This document shows positions 31,252 to 41,300 of a stretch of 64,000 bases of DNA, piece by piece. The notes below the pieces were generated by a model, which saw only the letters and a list, made by a program, of their open reading frames with translations, searched no databases and was not told where the DNA came from. Position numbers and translations under genes: made by a program. Position 1 is the first letter of the stretch; each line of letters begins with the position of its first letter. The stretch comes from Candidatus Latescibacterota bacterium (lineage in GTDB: Bacteria > Latescibacterota > UBA2968 > SICM01). The stretch covers positions 5,472,001 through 5,536,000 of the forward strand of contig CBDCJO010000002.1 of assembly GCA_965217865.1 (NCBI GenBank), in the 5' to 3' direction.

Positions 31252-32220
31252 TTATAAGATCCCTGAGCTTATCGGCTTACCGGTTTCTGCGGACCGATTG
31301 GCCGCCAGACATACCATCGCCGATTTCAACCCGTCCTCATAGGAGGATTTGATAAAAGAACGGTCCCCGGTTTCAATCGCCTTGATGAATGACGAATCGA
31401 TGTCCATCATCCCGTCTTGGCGAATCGGGATATCTGCAGCCCCCTCTGGCGATACGGAAATCCCTTTCCCGTAATGGATCGCCAGGTCCCGAAGGATTAT
31501 CGTAAAATCCGTCTGTCCCCCGCCCTTATCCAGAGCACAACTTGTCGTTATGGCGCCTATAGCGCCTGAGGCAAACTGAAAAGTTGCTATCTGGACGTCC
31601 GGAATCGTTGCGTCTTCCAGATCGCCGATCACGCGCTGGGCGAATCGGGCATGGACCTCGCCGATCTCCCCAACCAGGTAGCGCATCAGGTCCAGCTGGT
31701 GAGTGGTCTGCTCCACCAGTTGTCCCCCTGATTTTTCCATGACACGCCACCAGTGCCCGGCCCCTGGTAGGCCTCCCCAACGATTGGACGTCACCATCCC
31801 GATGGTATTGTCTTTCAGAAATTCCCGGATCGCTTCGACTTCAGGCGTGTAGCGAAGGCTATAACCCACTGACGAAATCACCCCGGATTTCACATTCTCA
31901 TCGCTGATCCTCAAACCCAGATCCTGGTCGAGCACTACGGGTTTCTCTACGAAAAGATGGACCCCCCGTTGGGCAGCGAGGATCTCGGCGTCGCTGTGGG
32001 CAAACGGCGGGATGCAGATATAAAGGGCGTCGAGAACCTCTTCATCCAGCATCTCCCTGTAGTCTGAATAGACCTTCCCGCCGTACTTGGCGGCGGCGAC
32101 CTTTGCCCTGGCCTCATCCAGATCACAGAGCGAGACGATCCTCGTCCCCTCCATCCCTTTCAGCTTTTCAAGGTGATGATTGGCGATCAAACCGGTCCCT
32201 ACAAAACCGATTCGGACCAT
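31252..32220 (-). CDS. Gfo/Idh/MocA oxidoreductase
   Basis: GFVGTGLIA, EKP, SGGQLVEQTTHQLD. Confidence 0.9.
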   Translation of the reverse strand: MVRIGFVGTGLIANHHLEKLKGMEGTRIVSLCDLDEARAKVAAAKYGGKVYSDYREMLDEEVLDALYICIPPFAHSDAEILAAQRGVHLFVEKPVVLDQDLGLRISDENVKSGVISSVGYSLRYTPEVEAIREFLKDNTIGMVTSNRWGGLPGAGHWWRVMEKSGGQLVEQTTHQLDLMRYLVGEIGEVHARFAQRVIGDLEDATIPDVQIATFQFASGAIGAITTSCALDKGGGQTDFTIILRDLAIHYGKGISVSPEGAADIPIRQDGMMDIDSSFIKAIETGDRSFIKSSYEDGLKSAMVCLAANRSAETGKPISSGIL

Positions 32221-32418
32221 ATTTCAATAACCTCCTGGATGCTCCCACGGTATTTTATTCATCAAGTTGTGACAAAATTAGGTTAAACCATCCGGTCTGT
32301 CAAGGGAAGTTGTGGGTAAGATCTCTACGCCGACCTGAAACCGTCGAACCGCATTTGGGGTTGATAAACAGTGGAAAATCAGATTCCGATTGACCCAAAA
32401 ACCCTTTCCGATTAGATT

Positions 32419-33084
32419 GTGAGCCTTATGAGGGAAAAATTAATGTCAACAAGGGTTCTGGCCTTTTTGGTCCTCGCCATCCCATTCGGAAACTGCTCCG
32501 AACCAGAGGAACCGAAGCGCCCCTCGAAGCAGGCGGCAGTCCTCTCCGCTGCCTTTGGAGACATCTTCTTCAGGGGTGGGGCTGGTAAAAGCTGGCACTC
32601 CGCAAGAAAGGGCTATGCCCTAAAATCAGGCGATGCCGTTAAGTCCGGAATGAGATCCAAAGCCGAGATTCAGACCAGGCGTCCGGCAACACTTCTCCGA
32701 ATCGAAGAGAACACGACCATTGTGTTCGAGCAGTCCGAGGATGACGATGTCAGACAGGTGAGTGCCCGTATTCTTAGGGGAAGCGTTTGGGGGAAGGTGA
32801 AGCGACTAGAATCAGGAGAAGCTTTCAAAATCGAAGGCCCTGCCTCCGTGACGGCATTTGGGACCTCCACTTTCAGGGTGGAGGTGCCCGTTCATGGACC
32901 TGCGGCTATCTTCGTCTATGGCGGGACAGTCGAGGTCAAGCGTAGGATTGTCGATCAGAAAAAACCGAAAGTCCAGATGATCGGCAAAGGTGAGGGGCTT
33001 CTGATGCCCGAAGGGGAGCAATCCCGAAAGGTGAAAGTCTCGGCGAGCGATCCCTTGCGTCGAGGGTGGAGAAAAATTGAGTGA
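32419..33084 (+). CDS. FecR-domain exported protein
   Basis: GDAVKSG..S.AEI, GTSTFRV, VYGGTVEV. Confidence 0.7.
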   Translation: MSLMREKLMSTRVLAFLVLAIPFGNCSEPEEPKRPSKQAAVLSAAFGDIFFRGGAGKSWHSARKGYALKSGDAVKSGMRSKAEIQTRRPATLLRIEENTTIVFEQSEDDDVRQVSARILRGSVWGKVKRLESGEAFKIEGPASVTAFGTSTFRVEVPVHGPAAIFVYGGTVEVKRRIVDQKKPKVQMIGKGEGLLMPEGEQSRKVKVSASDPLRRGWRKIE

Positions 33085-33181
33085 CAGCAGAACCTTCGGT
33101 CCCTTGCAAGTCTATTAAGGCCGTGTCGGTACCCTACACCCCCAACCCGAACTTTTTAACGATTCGTGAAAGGCCTTACTC

Positions 33182-33631
33182 ATGGGCAACGACATTTCCG
33201 CACCCGACCTGACTCAACGGCCACCCCGAAGTCCACGAGTGCGCATGGGCGGTTACGTTATCCTTCCGCGAATGCTGGATAAGGGGCGTGCCACCATCGT
33301 CGATAAAAATGGTCTTTACCATTACGCCTGTCCCCTCGATCAACGCTTCCTCACATACAAGGGCATCGACCCTGAGGAACTGAAGGAGGAACTCGGAAGT
33401 GGAAAGGGGGACGTCGAAATACTAGAATGGGTCGAAGCCCGGTGCCGGCACGAACCCTGGGAGATCGTTCAGTGGTCCGCTTTTCAAGAAGCCCGGGTCG
33501 CCACGGACATCGAGTCACGCAGCTTTTTTAGCGAAATCCATAAATCAGCAGGCGAGAAGCGGGAAGATATCAGTACCTGGTTCGAATTGCTCGACCTGGA
33601 CGACTACGCGACATTTGGCGGAAAAGTATGA
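33182..33631 (+). CDS. DUF5069-like protein
   Basis: PPRSPR..MGGYVILPRMLDK.RA, CPLDQRFL, LDLDD. Confidence 0.75.
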   Translation: MGNDISAPDLTQRPPRSPRVRMGGYVILPRMLDKGRATIVDKNGLYHYACPLDQRFLTYKGIDPEELKEELGSGKGDVEILEWVEARCRHEPWEIVQWSAFQEARVATDIESRSFFSEIHKSAGEKREDISTWFELLDLDDYATFGGKV

Positions 33632-33650
33632 CGGTCAGGAGGATCATCGA

Positions 33651-34316
33651 GTGTTCATCGGTCATTATGCCTTAGCTCTTGGAGCTAAGAAAATATCTCC
33701 AAAACTTTCGCTGGGAACATTGTTTATATCGACCCAGCTCGTTGATATGATGTGGCCGATCTTTCTGCTGCTGGGTCTAGAGCATGTACGGATCGATCCT
33801 GGAAACACAGTGGTTACGCCGCTGGATTTCTATAATTATCCCATTACCCATAGCCTTGTCGGAAGCCTGGGTTGGGGACTTGGTCTTGGAATCGTGTATT
33901 GGCTTGTGCGAAGAAATTTGCGCGAAGCGTTAGTGGTAGCAGCTGTTACGCTGAGCCATTGGATCCTCGACGCTATTGTTCACCGGCCCGATCTCCCGGT
34001 GATTCCCGGAAGCGGACCGATGATCGGCTTTGGACTCTGGAATTCCCTTATCGGTACAATAGTGGTCGAACTGGGAATTTTCGCTTTAGGCTTATGCCTC
34101 TATCTTCGGTCCACGCGTTCTCAAGACCGTATCGGAATCTATGGGATGTGGGGCCTGATGGGATTTCTAATCTTGATCTGGTTGGGTAATATTTTTGGAC
34201 CGCCGCCACCGTCCGACACGGCAGTTGCCGTATCCTGTTTTGGTTTATGGCTCGTGGTGCTGTGGGGATATTGGGTTGACCGGCATCGTCAAACTGTTGG
34301 AGGGGACGTAGCTTAA
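33651..34316 (+). CDS. Membrane-bound metal-dependent hydrolase-like protein
   Basis: FIGH, THSL, SHWILD..VHRPDLP, GLWNS. Confidence 0.75.
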   Translation: MFIGHYALALGAKKISPKLSLGTLFISTQLVDMMWPIFLLLGLEHVRIDPGNTVVTPLDFYNYPITHSLVGSLGWGLGLGIVYWLVRRNLREALVVAAVTLSHWILDAIVHRPDLPVIPGSGPMIGFGLWNSLIGTIVVELGIFALGLCLYLRSTRSQDRIGIYGMWGLMGFLILIWLGNIFGPPPPSDTAVAVSCFGLWLVVLWGYWVDRHRQTVGGDVA

Positions 34317-34409
34317 AGCTTCACAGGGTGGGAAGCCGAAAAGGACAGCTTTTAAAGCTGAAAGGAATGGTCACACCTCCATCAATGATTGTTCACGAGA
34401 GGATACGGG

Positions 34410-35246
34410 ATGGAGATCTCAGGATATACCTACCCATTTGGTGGGATGGTAGAGCGGGTCAAAGTGGATCACGGCAGGGTCATTGAATTCTACCGAGAGA
34501 TGGGTATCAGGACCATCGAGATCTACGATATGTTGATAGAAGACGATAGCGAGATCCCAGGGATCATCGACCGACTTGGCGAGGCCGGGATGACGGTGTG
34601 CGTTTCCGATGTCGAATGCAACGTCGTATCCCGTGATCGAGACATCCGGAAGGCGAGAACCGAGAAATTCCATAAGCGGCTTGAAGTCGCGAATCAGATG
34701 GGTTCCCCCAAGGTCCTGATCCTTCCAGGCCTACCCGCACCGGACAGCGGCTTCGGAGCCGAGGAGTGCCGGGAGTGGCTCAATTCGGCCATCGAGGAGA
34801 GCATACCCGTGGCAAAAGAGCTGGGTATCATGCTGATGGTCGCAAACCTCGGATTTTGCGCCCACATCTACGGCCAGACCGATTATATAATTAAGACCTG
34901 TCAGGCGTTCAAACCTGATATAAAAACCGTTTACGACATAGGGAACTACCTCATGGCAAACGAGGACTCCATTGATGCGCTCAATAAAGTTTATCCTTAC
35001 ACGACGCACGTCCATTTAAAGGACTGGGAAATAGTGACCGACGAGCAACCCGCCGCATGGCCGGGCATCGACGGACGGCTGTTTATGGGCAAACCGATGG
35101 GCCAGGGAATCGTCAAGCTTCCCGAGGTCATCACACGACTCAAAGAGCTTGACTATCAGGGGATCATCACACCGGAGTACGAAGGACCAAGCGACCCGTT
35201 TAAGGCCATGAATGAAAGTCTCAGCTACTTGGGCACTATACTGTAG
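34410..35246 (+). CDS. Sugar phosphate isomerase/epimerase (TIM barrel)
   Basis: YDIGNY, HVHLKD, G.G.V, Y.G..T.EYEG. Confidence 0.85.
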   Translation: MEISGYTYPFGGMVERVKVDHGRVIEFYREMGIRTIEIYDMLIEDDSEIPGIIDRLGEAGMTVCVSDVECNVVSRDRDIRKARTEKFHKRLEVANQMGSPKVLILPGLPAPDSGFGAEECREWLNSAIEESIPVAKELGIMLMVANLGFCAHIYGQTDYIIKTCQAFKPDIKTVYDIGNYLMANEDSIDALNKVYPYTTHVHLKDWEIVTDEQPAAWPGIDGRLFMGKPMGQGIVKLPEVITRLKELDYQGIITPEYEGPSDPFKAMNESLSYLGTIL

Positions 35247-35340
35247 GTAGGAATGATTAGGAATAAGCAGGGCCTCGCAACTCAATTCATTCAAGGCATA
35301 GCAAGGAGAGCCCAGCACGATCTCGAAATTTGAGTATCTG

Positions 35341-36850
35341 TTGGTTTTTTTTATCCTTGCTCAGACTCTATTCATATGGAGCACCAGGTATAATTTGTAC
35401 ATCAAATCCCTTCTTACTTCTGACATAGCTATTGATTGCAATATGCTGTGGAATACCAATTTTACAGACCAAATCCTTTACACTGATATCTTTTATTTCA
35501 GATACGGTTTCAAAACATTTTTAAACGAACATTTCCATCTGACTTTTCTCCTCCTTGTCCCAATTTATCACCTTTTCCCATCGCCGTTAACTCTCATCGT
35601 TATTCAGACCTTGATGCCGGGACTAACTTCAATTTTTATTTATAAATTTTGTATACGGGTTTTTAACAAAAAGGAAAACTCTCAACCAAGTACGGTTTCT
35701 CATCCATCGCCAAATAATCAATACAACAGAAATGGCAGGGAAGGGGGTTCACTTCAGAAAGGAGGTTTCCTCCACTTCTTCGGATTTGCCCATAAGCAAC
35801 TGATATCACTTATGATATCAGTTGCTTACCTCTTCCTCTACTGCGGCTGGCAACATTGGACAGTGTATATGGTTTTCATATTGATTGCCTGATTCCGCCA
35901 TTGGTTGTATTAGTTGCTCTCTTTCTGTTTGAAAGAAAAATCGGTGCCTTTATTGCATTCCTATTGATGTTATTAGGCGTGAAGGAAAACATTCCTATCA
36001 TTGGATCATTGCTGGGTCTTGGGTTAATTATTCTCAATAAACCTTACTATAGGAAAATGGGATCGATCACACTCATTCTATCGGTTTTTATTCTCTTTAT
36101 CGGGCTGATTCTCCTTCCGTACTTTACTGGTATGTGGAATAGGAATAGTGAATTAATAACTCAATTATCGTCGCCGGGGAACGTTATTCAATAATATTGA
36201 TGTGACGATTCATTGGGGGAAAATGTTTATGTTCTTCCCATCGATCTTTGCTCCGGAGATTCTCGCTCTGGCTATTCCGGAACTGGTGATGTATACCATC
36301 GCCAGGAAGCCGCCATATGATTGGCATATTTACGCTACAATTTCCATTTTTGCTATTGCTTGCGTCATCGGTATGTCGAGGCTTCTTTTTTTAACAAAAG
36401 GTAAACCATCATGGTTTTGGAAATCGCCTAAATCGAAAACAACACTATTCATAATATCACTTTTAGCTCTAACAGCTAACCCCCTTGTGAACTTTTACCA
36501 TTCATACAACATCTGGAAAGTCGAAGATTATCACATTCAAGAAGTTAATCTAGAAGCGCTTCGCCAGGTCAAATCTTATGTCCCTCCAAACAGTTATCTT
36601 GCAGTAACTTCTGATTTAATGATTCACTTTGTTAATCGGTCTCATCTACTTGGGCCCGAGGAATATCATCACGCGGATTATATAATGGTCAATGTGAGGA
36701 CTAAAGGAATACATTATAGACATGAAGTATGATCTTAGACTCATAAGAGAAGTACGCGAGTTGGTGAAAACGAATGTGGTTGACTTTATTGTTTCAGCCG
36801 ATGATGGCTACTTTAAACTGTATCTATTTAAGAAAATCAAGAAATAGCAA
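35341..36850 (+). pseudogene. Low-GC DUF2079-like membrane glycosyltransferase remnant, fragmented
   Basis: Pieces with EHFH..LL.P.Y..FPSP.TL..IQ, GFH, LL.VKE motifs in different frames. Confidence 0.6.
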
Positions 36851-36898
36851 ACCGAAGCGTCTTGACGCAACCTCAGAGAAGCCAACGCCAGGGGCATA

Positions 36899-37433
36899 GT
36901 CCTGATCCTTCCCGGCCTACCCGCACCGGACAGCGGCTTCGGCGTCGAGGAGTGCCGGGAGTGGCTCAATTCGGCCATCGAGGAGAGCATACCCGTGGCA
37001 AAAGAGCTGGGTATCATGCTGATGGTCGCGAATCTCGGATTTTGCGCCCACATCTACGGCGAGACCGATTACATAATTGAAACCTGCTCAGGCGTTCAAA
37101 CCCGATATAAAAACCGTTTACGACGTAGGGAACTACCTCATGGCAAACGAGGACTCCATTGATGCGCTAAATAAGGTCTATCCTTACACGACGCACGTCC
37201 ATATAAAGGACTGGGAAATAGTGACCGACGAGCAGCCCGCCTCATGGCCGGGCATCGACGGACGGCTGTTTATGGGCAAACCGATGGGGAAAGGAATCGT
37301 CAAGCTGCCCGAAGTCATCACACGGCTCAAAGAGCTCGACTATCAGGGGATCATCACACCGGAGTACGAAGGACCGGGCGACCCGTATAAGGCCATGGAG
37401 GAAAGTATGGCATACTTGCGAACGCTTTTGTAA
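36899..37433 (+). pseudogene. 5'-truncated, frameshifted duplicate of the 3' half of 34410..35246
   Basis: Near-identical to 34713-35246 (offset about 2186 bp); 1-nt insertion near 37087; last 60 nt more diverged. Confidence 0.9.
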
Positions 37434-37473
37434 TACCTGACCTGATGATGGTATCTCTGGCCTTATGTAGACC

Positions 37474-37502
37474 AAAAGGGCTCCCGAATTGGGAGCCCTT
37501 TT
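37474..37502. terminator. Bidirectional terminator
   Basis: AAAAGGGCTCCC-GAATT-GGGAGCCCTTTT between convergent genes. Confidence 0.8.
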
Positions 37503-37545
37503 GGTTGTTGATTGCTTCCGGTTCAATGAAAAAAATCATTTACCC

Positions 37546-38706
37546 TCAAGTTCCGGTTGGCCCCAGTTGATTGATAACGTACTTCAGTCCGGTGGTCCAC
37601 CCCATCAAAGGGTTGTCCTTTTGCCGCAGGTCTATGGCCACCGAAACCACCAGTACGTCCCCGTTGCTCAAAAGCGCCATCACCGGCGCGTCGAATGGGG
37701 CCAGGTTCTCCGGGTCCGGCGAAGTGAACAGGACGTCACGCTGCCAGGTCCTCCCATGATCGTCGCTGAAAAACAGCCCGGAGTAAGACGTGTTCGGGGG
37801 CCCTTCGTACACCCGGTTGCCGTCCATGCAGTCCAGCGACCCCACCGCCAGGAGGATCCGGCCGGAGGGCAGCACGAGCATGTCGGGCATCTTGCCCCAC
37901 ATTTCGATGAGTCCGGGTGTCTCCCAGCTTCGTCCGCTGTCCTTTGAGCTCGTCTGACGGAATTGACGCCGGGGTCCGGCTTCACCGTCGCGAAGCATCG
38001 CCACGATATCCTCGTTTTGAGCCAGCGCCAGGGTCACCTCATTGTAACCGGCCGGTCCGGTCGCGATCGGTTCCAGTTCACCCCAAGTCTTCCCATGGTC
38101 TTTGCTTCGGACAAAACCGCAAATCAATAAGTTCGGGTCACGCGAGTGCAGGAACGTGCTGCAACCCTGGTATAACGGCACAATGGTCGAGCCGTCAGGA
38201 ACAGTGAGGGGACGGCCCCCCGTCCACACATCGTTTCGATCGGGCAGGATCCGTGTCGGCTCGGACCAGGAATGGCCGTGGTCCGTCGAGCGAACGATTA
38301 AACCCTCGAACACGCTGTGCGCAGACCCGATATGCCATATTTTTTCCGGCGACTTTTCATTCGGGTCGACTTTCGGCCTTTTCGGGGTTTTCATATGTGC
38401 GTAGGACATGATCAGAGATCCATCTCCCATCAGGTGCAGCCCGGACCACATTTGGATATTCCACTCGGGCGTACGAGGACGGGCGACGACCTGTGGATCG
38501 GACCAGGTCTGCCCCTCATCGCTGCTCCGATGCAGGTTGACAAATCCACCCGTAGGAACAGTTTCCCACACCGTACTATTTCCAAGAATGAGATCATTGT
38601 TGCCCGCCCGGCACAACCCCGGGTTGCCGCCGGGATCGTCCAGGACAACCTCGGAACGGATCACCCTGTATTCATTCCTGGATTGCGAATCGATTACCAT
38701 TTCCAT
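37546..38706 (-). CDS. BNR/Asp-box sialidase-family protein
   Basis: Repeated S.D.G.TW boxes. Confidence 0.85.
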   Translation of the reverse strand: MEMVIDSQSRNEYRVIRSEVVLDDPGGNPGLCRAGNNDLILGNSTVWETVPTGGFVNLHRSSDEGQTWSDPQVVARPRTPEWNIQMWSGLHLMGDGSLIMSYAHMKTPKRPKVDPNEKSPEKIWHIGSAHSVFEGLIVRSTDHGHSWSEPTRILPDRNDVWTGGRPLTVPDGSTIVPLYQGCSTFLHSRDPNLLICGFVRSKDHGKTWGELEPIATGPAGYNEVTLALAQNEDIVAMLRDGEAGPRRQFRQTSSKDSGRSWETPGLIEMWGKMPDMLVLPSGRILLAVGSLDCMDGNRVYEGPPNTSYSGLFFSDDHGRTWQRDVLFTSPDPENLAPFDAPVMALLSNGDVLVVSVAIDLRQKDNPLMGWTTGLKYVINQLGPTGT

Positions 38707-38942
38707 TCCTCATTTCAATGACACCTCGCTGTGCACACTTCATCGCTATTGGAACACCAAGCGAACGTTATACGTCTATAGAAAAAAACCCCGACGCGGG
38801 AAGATTCGAATTATATTCCACAACCGTAAGTATATAGGGCGTCTCTGGGGTACTCGAGCACAAAAGATAGCACCTTGATTGGGACGCATCAAGGGAATAG
38901 GCTTTAAAAACTTGAGCCTGGAAAAAGATCAGAGGAGTTTCC

Positions 38943-40607
38943 ATGAAGCTGACAGGTTCACACCTGATTGCCCGAGCCTTAAAGGCGGAAGGCGTTGAGA
39001 AGATTTTCGCCCTGGCCGGTGATCACACTCTACACCTGATGGATGTGCTGGCGGGGGAAGGATTCCAGTTCATCGACACCCGGCATGAGCAGGCTGCGGT
39101 GGACATGGGAAATGCCTGGGGACGGATTACCGGCTCTCCCGGGGTTTGTATGTTCACCTCTCCGGGTCACGCGAACGCTATTCCAGGGCTGACGCTGGCC
39201 TATCACATGGAGTCCCCGGTCATCAACATCTCGGGTTCCGCCGCCCAGAGCAGACTTGGACACGGCATCTCGCCACAGGAACTGGATCAGCTCGGAATGG
39301 CAAAATCCGTCACGAAAGGCGCGTGGTTTATCCCCGACCCCCACCGCATCCCGGACTACTTCGCCCGGGCTTTCCGGACAGCCTTGGCAGGCCGGCGCGG
39401 CCCCGTGCACCTGACCATCCCCGTGGATGTCCAGGCGGCCGAGGTGAACGAAAGCCGGGTCCATTTCTATCCGCCCGGAACCTACCGGCACACGGGTCAA
39501 GTTCAGGGTGACCCGGATCTTGTAAGCGAGGCGATCGCACTGCTCCGGAGCGCCCGGTGTCCTATGGTGGTGGCTGGAAACGGCGCCTACTCGGTAGGAG
39601 AGGATTTACAGCGGTTTCTGGAGGTGACCCATTTGCCCCTGTTCACTGAGGAAGCCGCTCGGGGCGTCGTCCCGGATACCCACCCCTGCTGTTTCGGGTT
39701 CGCGGACGAGCGAGCGAATGTTGTCGGACGTTGTTTGAGATCCGCAGATGCTGTGCTGTTCCTGGGCAAGAAACTGGACTTCACCGTCTCCTACGGCGGA
39801 CCTCCGACATTCGCCCCTGAAGCACGCATGATCCAGGTGGAATCTTCATCAGATTTGGTCGGTCTCTCCCGCGGTGTGGACATCGCCATATTAGGGGATG
39901 TCGGAGCGGTTGTGAAGCAGCTCCTGCAAGAAGCCGAGGGGCACCGCTGGAGCGAGAATCCAATGCAAAGCGAGCTTGAGTCAACTTCCAAAACACAGGA
40001 GCAAAGCCTGGAAAGCCTTGCAGAATCTGTGCCTTTACACGCGATGTCAGTACACAAGAGCCTGCGCCCGCTTCTGAACGACAACGCTTGTCTGATCTTT
40101 GAAGGGTGTGATTTCTCTTTCTACGGGACACCCTATTATCCCAGTTTGCGCCCGAACCGGTGGTTTACGAATGGGACTCTCGGAATGATCGGCTGGGGGG
40201 TCCCCTATGGGGTTGGCGCTCAGGCCGCGCTTCCCGGGTCCAGGGTGGTTGTCATCACCGGTGATGGCGCTTTCGGGTTTAACGGCATGGAACTCGACAC
40301 AGCCGTGAGACACAATCTGCCGATCGTAATCGTGGTGGGAAACGATAGTGTTTGGGGAATAGACTACCATCAGCAGGTGCAGCTCTTCGGAAAGAGCGTG
40401 GCGACAGAGCTGCTGCCGTCACGTTACGATAAGATGGCGGAGGCCCTGGGTGCCCACGGCGAATACGTGGAGGAGGCCTATCAACTGATTCCCGCCTTTG
40501 AGCGAGCCTTTTCCTGCGGTAAGCCGGCCTTGGTGAACGTGCGGATTAAACCGACACCGAGCCCGTTGACGGAATACATCATCGAGCAGAAGATTGCTTT
40601 CAAGTGA
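38943..40607 (+). CDS. ThDP-dependent enzyme (acetolactate synthase-like)
   Basis: TRHEQ, GPVHLTIP, GDGAFGFNGME...N..WG. Confidence 0.9.
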   Translation: MKLTGSHLIARALKAEGVEKIFALAGDHTLHLMDVLAGEGFQFIDTRHEQAAVDMGNAWGRITGSPGVCMFTSPGHANAIPGLTLAYHMESPVINISGSAAQSRLGHGISPQELDQLGMAKSVTKGAWFIPDPHRIPDYFARAFRTALAGRRGPVHLTIPVDVQAAEVNESRVHFYPPGTYRHTGQVQGDPDLVSEAIALLRSARCPMVVAGNGAYSVGEDLQRFLEVTHLPLFTEEAARGVVPDTHPCCFGFADERANVVGRCLRSADAVLFLGKKLDFTVSYGGPPTFAPEARMIQVESSSDLVGLSRGVDIAILGDVGAVVKQLLQEAEGHRWSENPMQSELESTSKTQEQSLESLAESVPLHAMSVHKSLRPLLNDNACLIFEGCDFSFYGTPYYPSLRPNRWFTNGTLGMIGWGVPYGVGAQAALPGSRVVVITGDGAFGFNGMELDTAVRHNLPIVIVVGNDSVWGIDYHQQVQLFGKSVATELLPSRYDKMAEALGAHGEYVEEAYQLIPAFERAFSCGKPALVNVRIKPTPSPLTEYIIEQKIAFK

Positions 40608-40792
40608 TATTTATTTTCAATCAATTTCCGGGTGAATCGACGTCGAACCACAGGATTCGGTTGGGTTATAGTGCTATAACACCTGTTGGTACAACAAAAG
40701 GGCTCCAATATGGAGCCCTTGTTATTTGTTTCACCCCCCCCCAGAAAGGAGTTGGTGTGTGTGTAAATACTGTCACCTGCACACACTGCCCT

Positions 40793-41090
40793 TACTTCTC
40801 CGCCGCTGTTTGCCAGTTGTGAAAAAGCTGGTTGCCAATGGAACCCACCTAGAATAGCTCCAAGCGACCGTCTGCGTTCTGCCCTACGGCAATCTGATTC
40901 GCTTATCCTTAAGGCCTTTTTAGTCGGTCCAAACATTGCTGTTGGGAGCTTTTTTGGCTGTTGTACCAGATTCTTTTGTCGGTGCCAATATAGAATAGCA
41001 TCAAACTACCGTCCTTTTTCTCCCCCACAGCAATCTGCTCGTCTATACAGACTTTGCCTTTGACGACGCCCACTGGGCAAGATACGCAGG
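40793..41090 (-). pseudogene. Beta-propeller lectin (PLL/DUF346-like) repeat remnant
   Basis: Two repeats: EQIAVGEKKDGSLMLFYIGTDKRIWYNSQ and NQIAVGQNADGRLELF*VGSIGNQLFHNWQT, with a frameshift and a stop. Confidence 0.6.
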
Positions 41091-41094
41091 GGAC

Positions 41095-41290
41095 TTGAAG
41101 TCCCTCTACGAGCGCGGTCTGGATCCCATCCATCTGGTCTCGCAGAAGGCGCACGAGGTCGGTATGGAGACTCACCTGTGCTTCCGGATCGGCATGTTGT
41201 CCTTCTACGAGAATTCATATCCGTCCAACTCCCGGGAAAGGCCTTTCTGCGCGGCGCATCCCGAGTGGCGCTGCCGCGACTGGAGACGAG
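41095..41290 (+). pseudogene. Glycoside hydrolase family 10-like (GHL10) fragment
   Basis: GLDP....AHEVGM......R...F..AHPEWR.RDW; truncated at both ends. Confidence 0.5.
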
Positions 41291-41300
41291 TGTATCCCTA

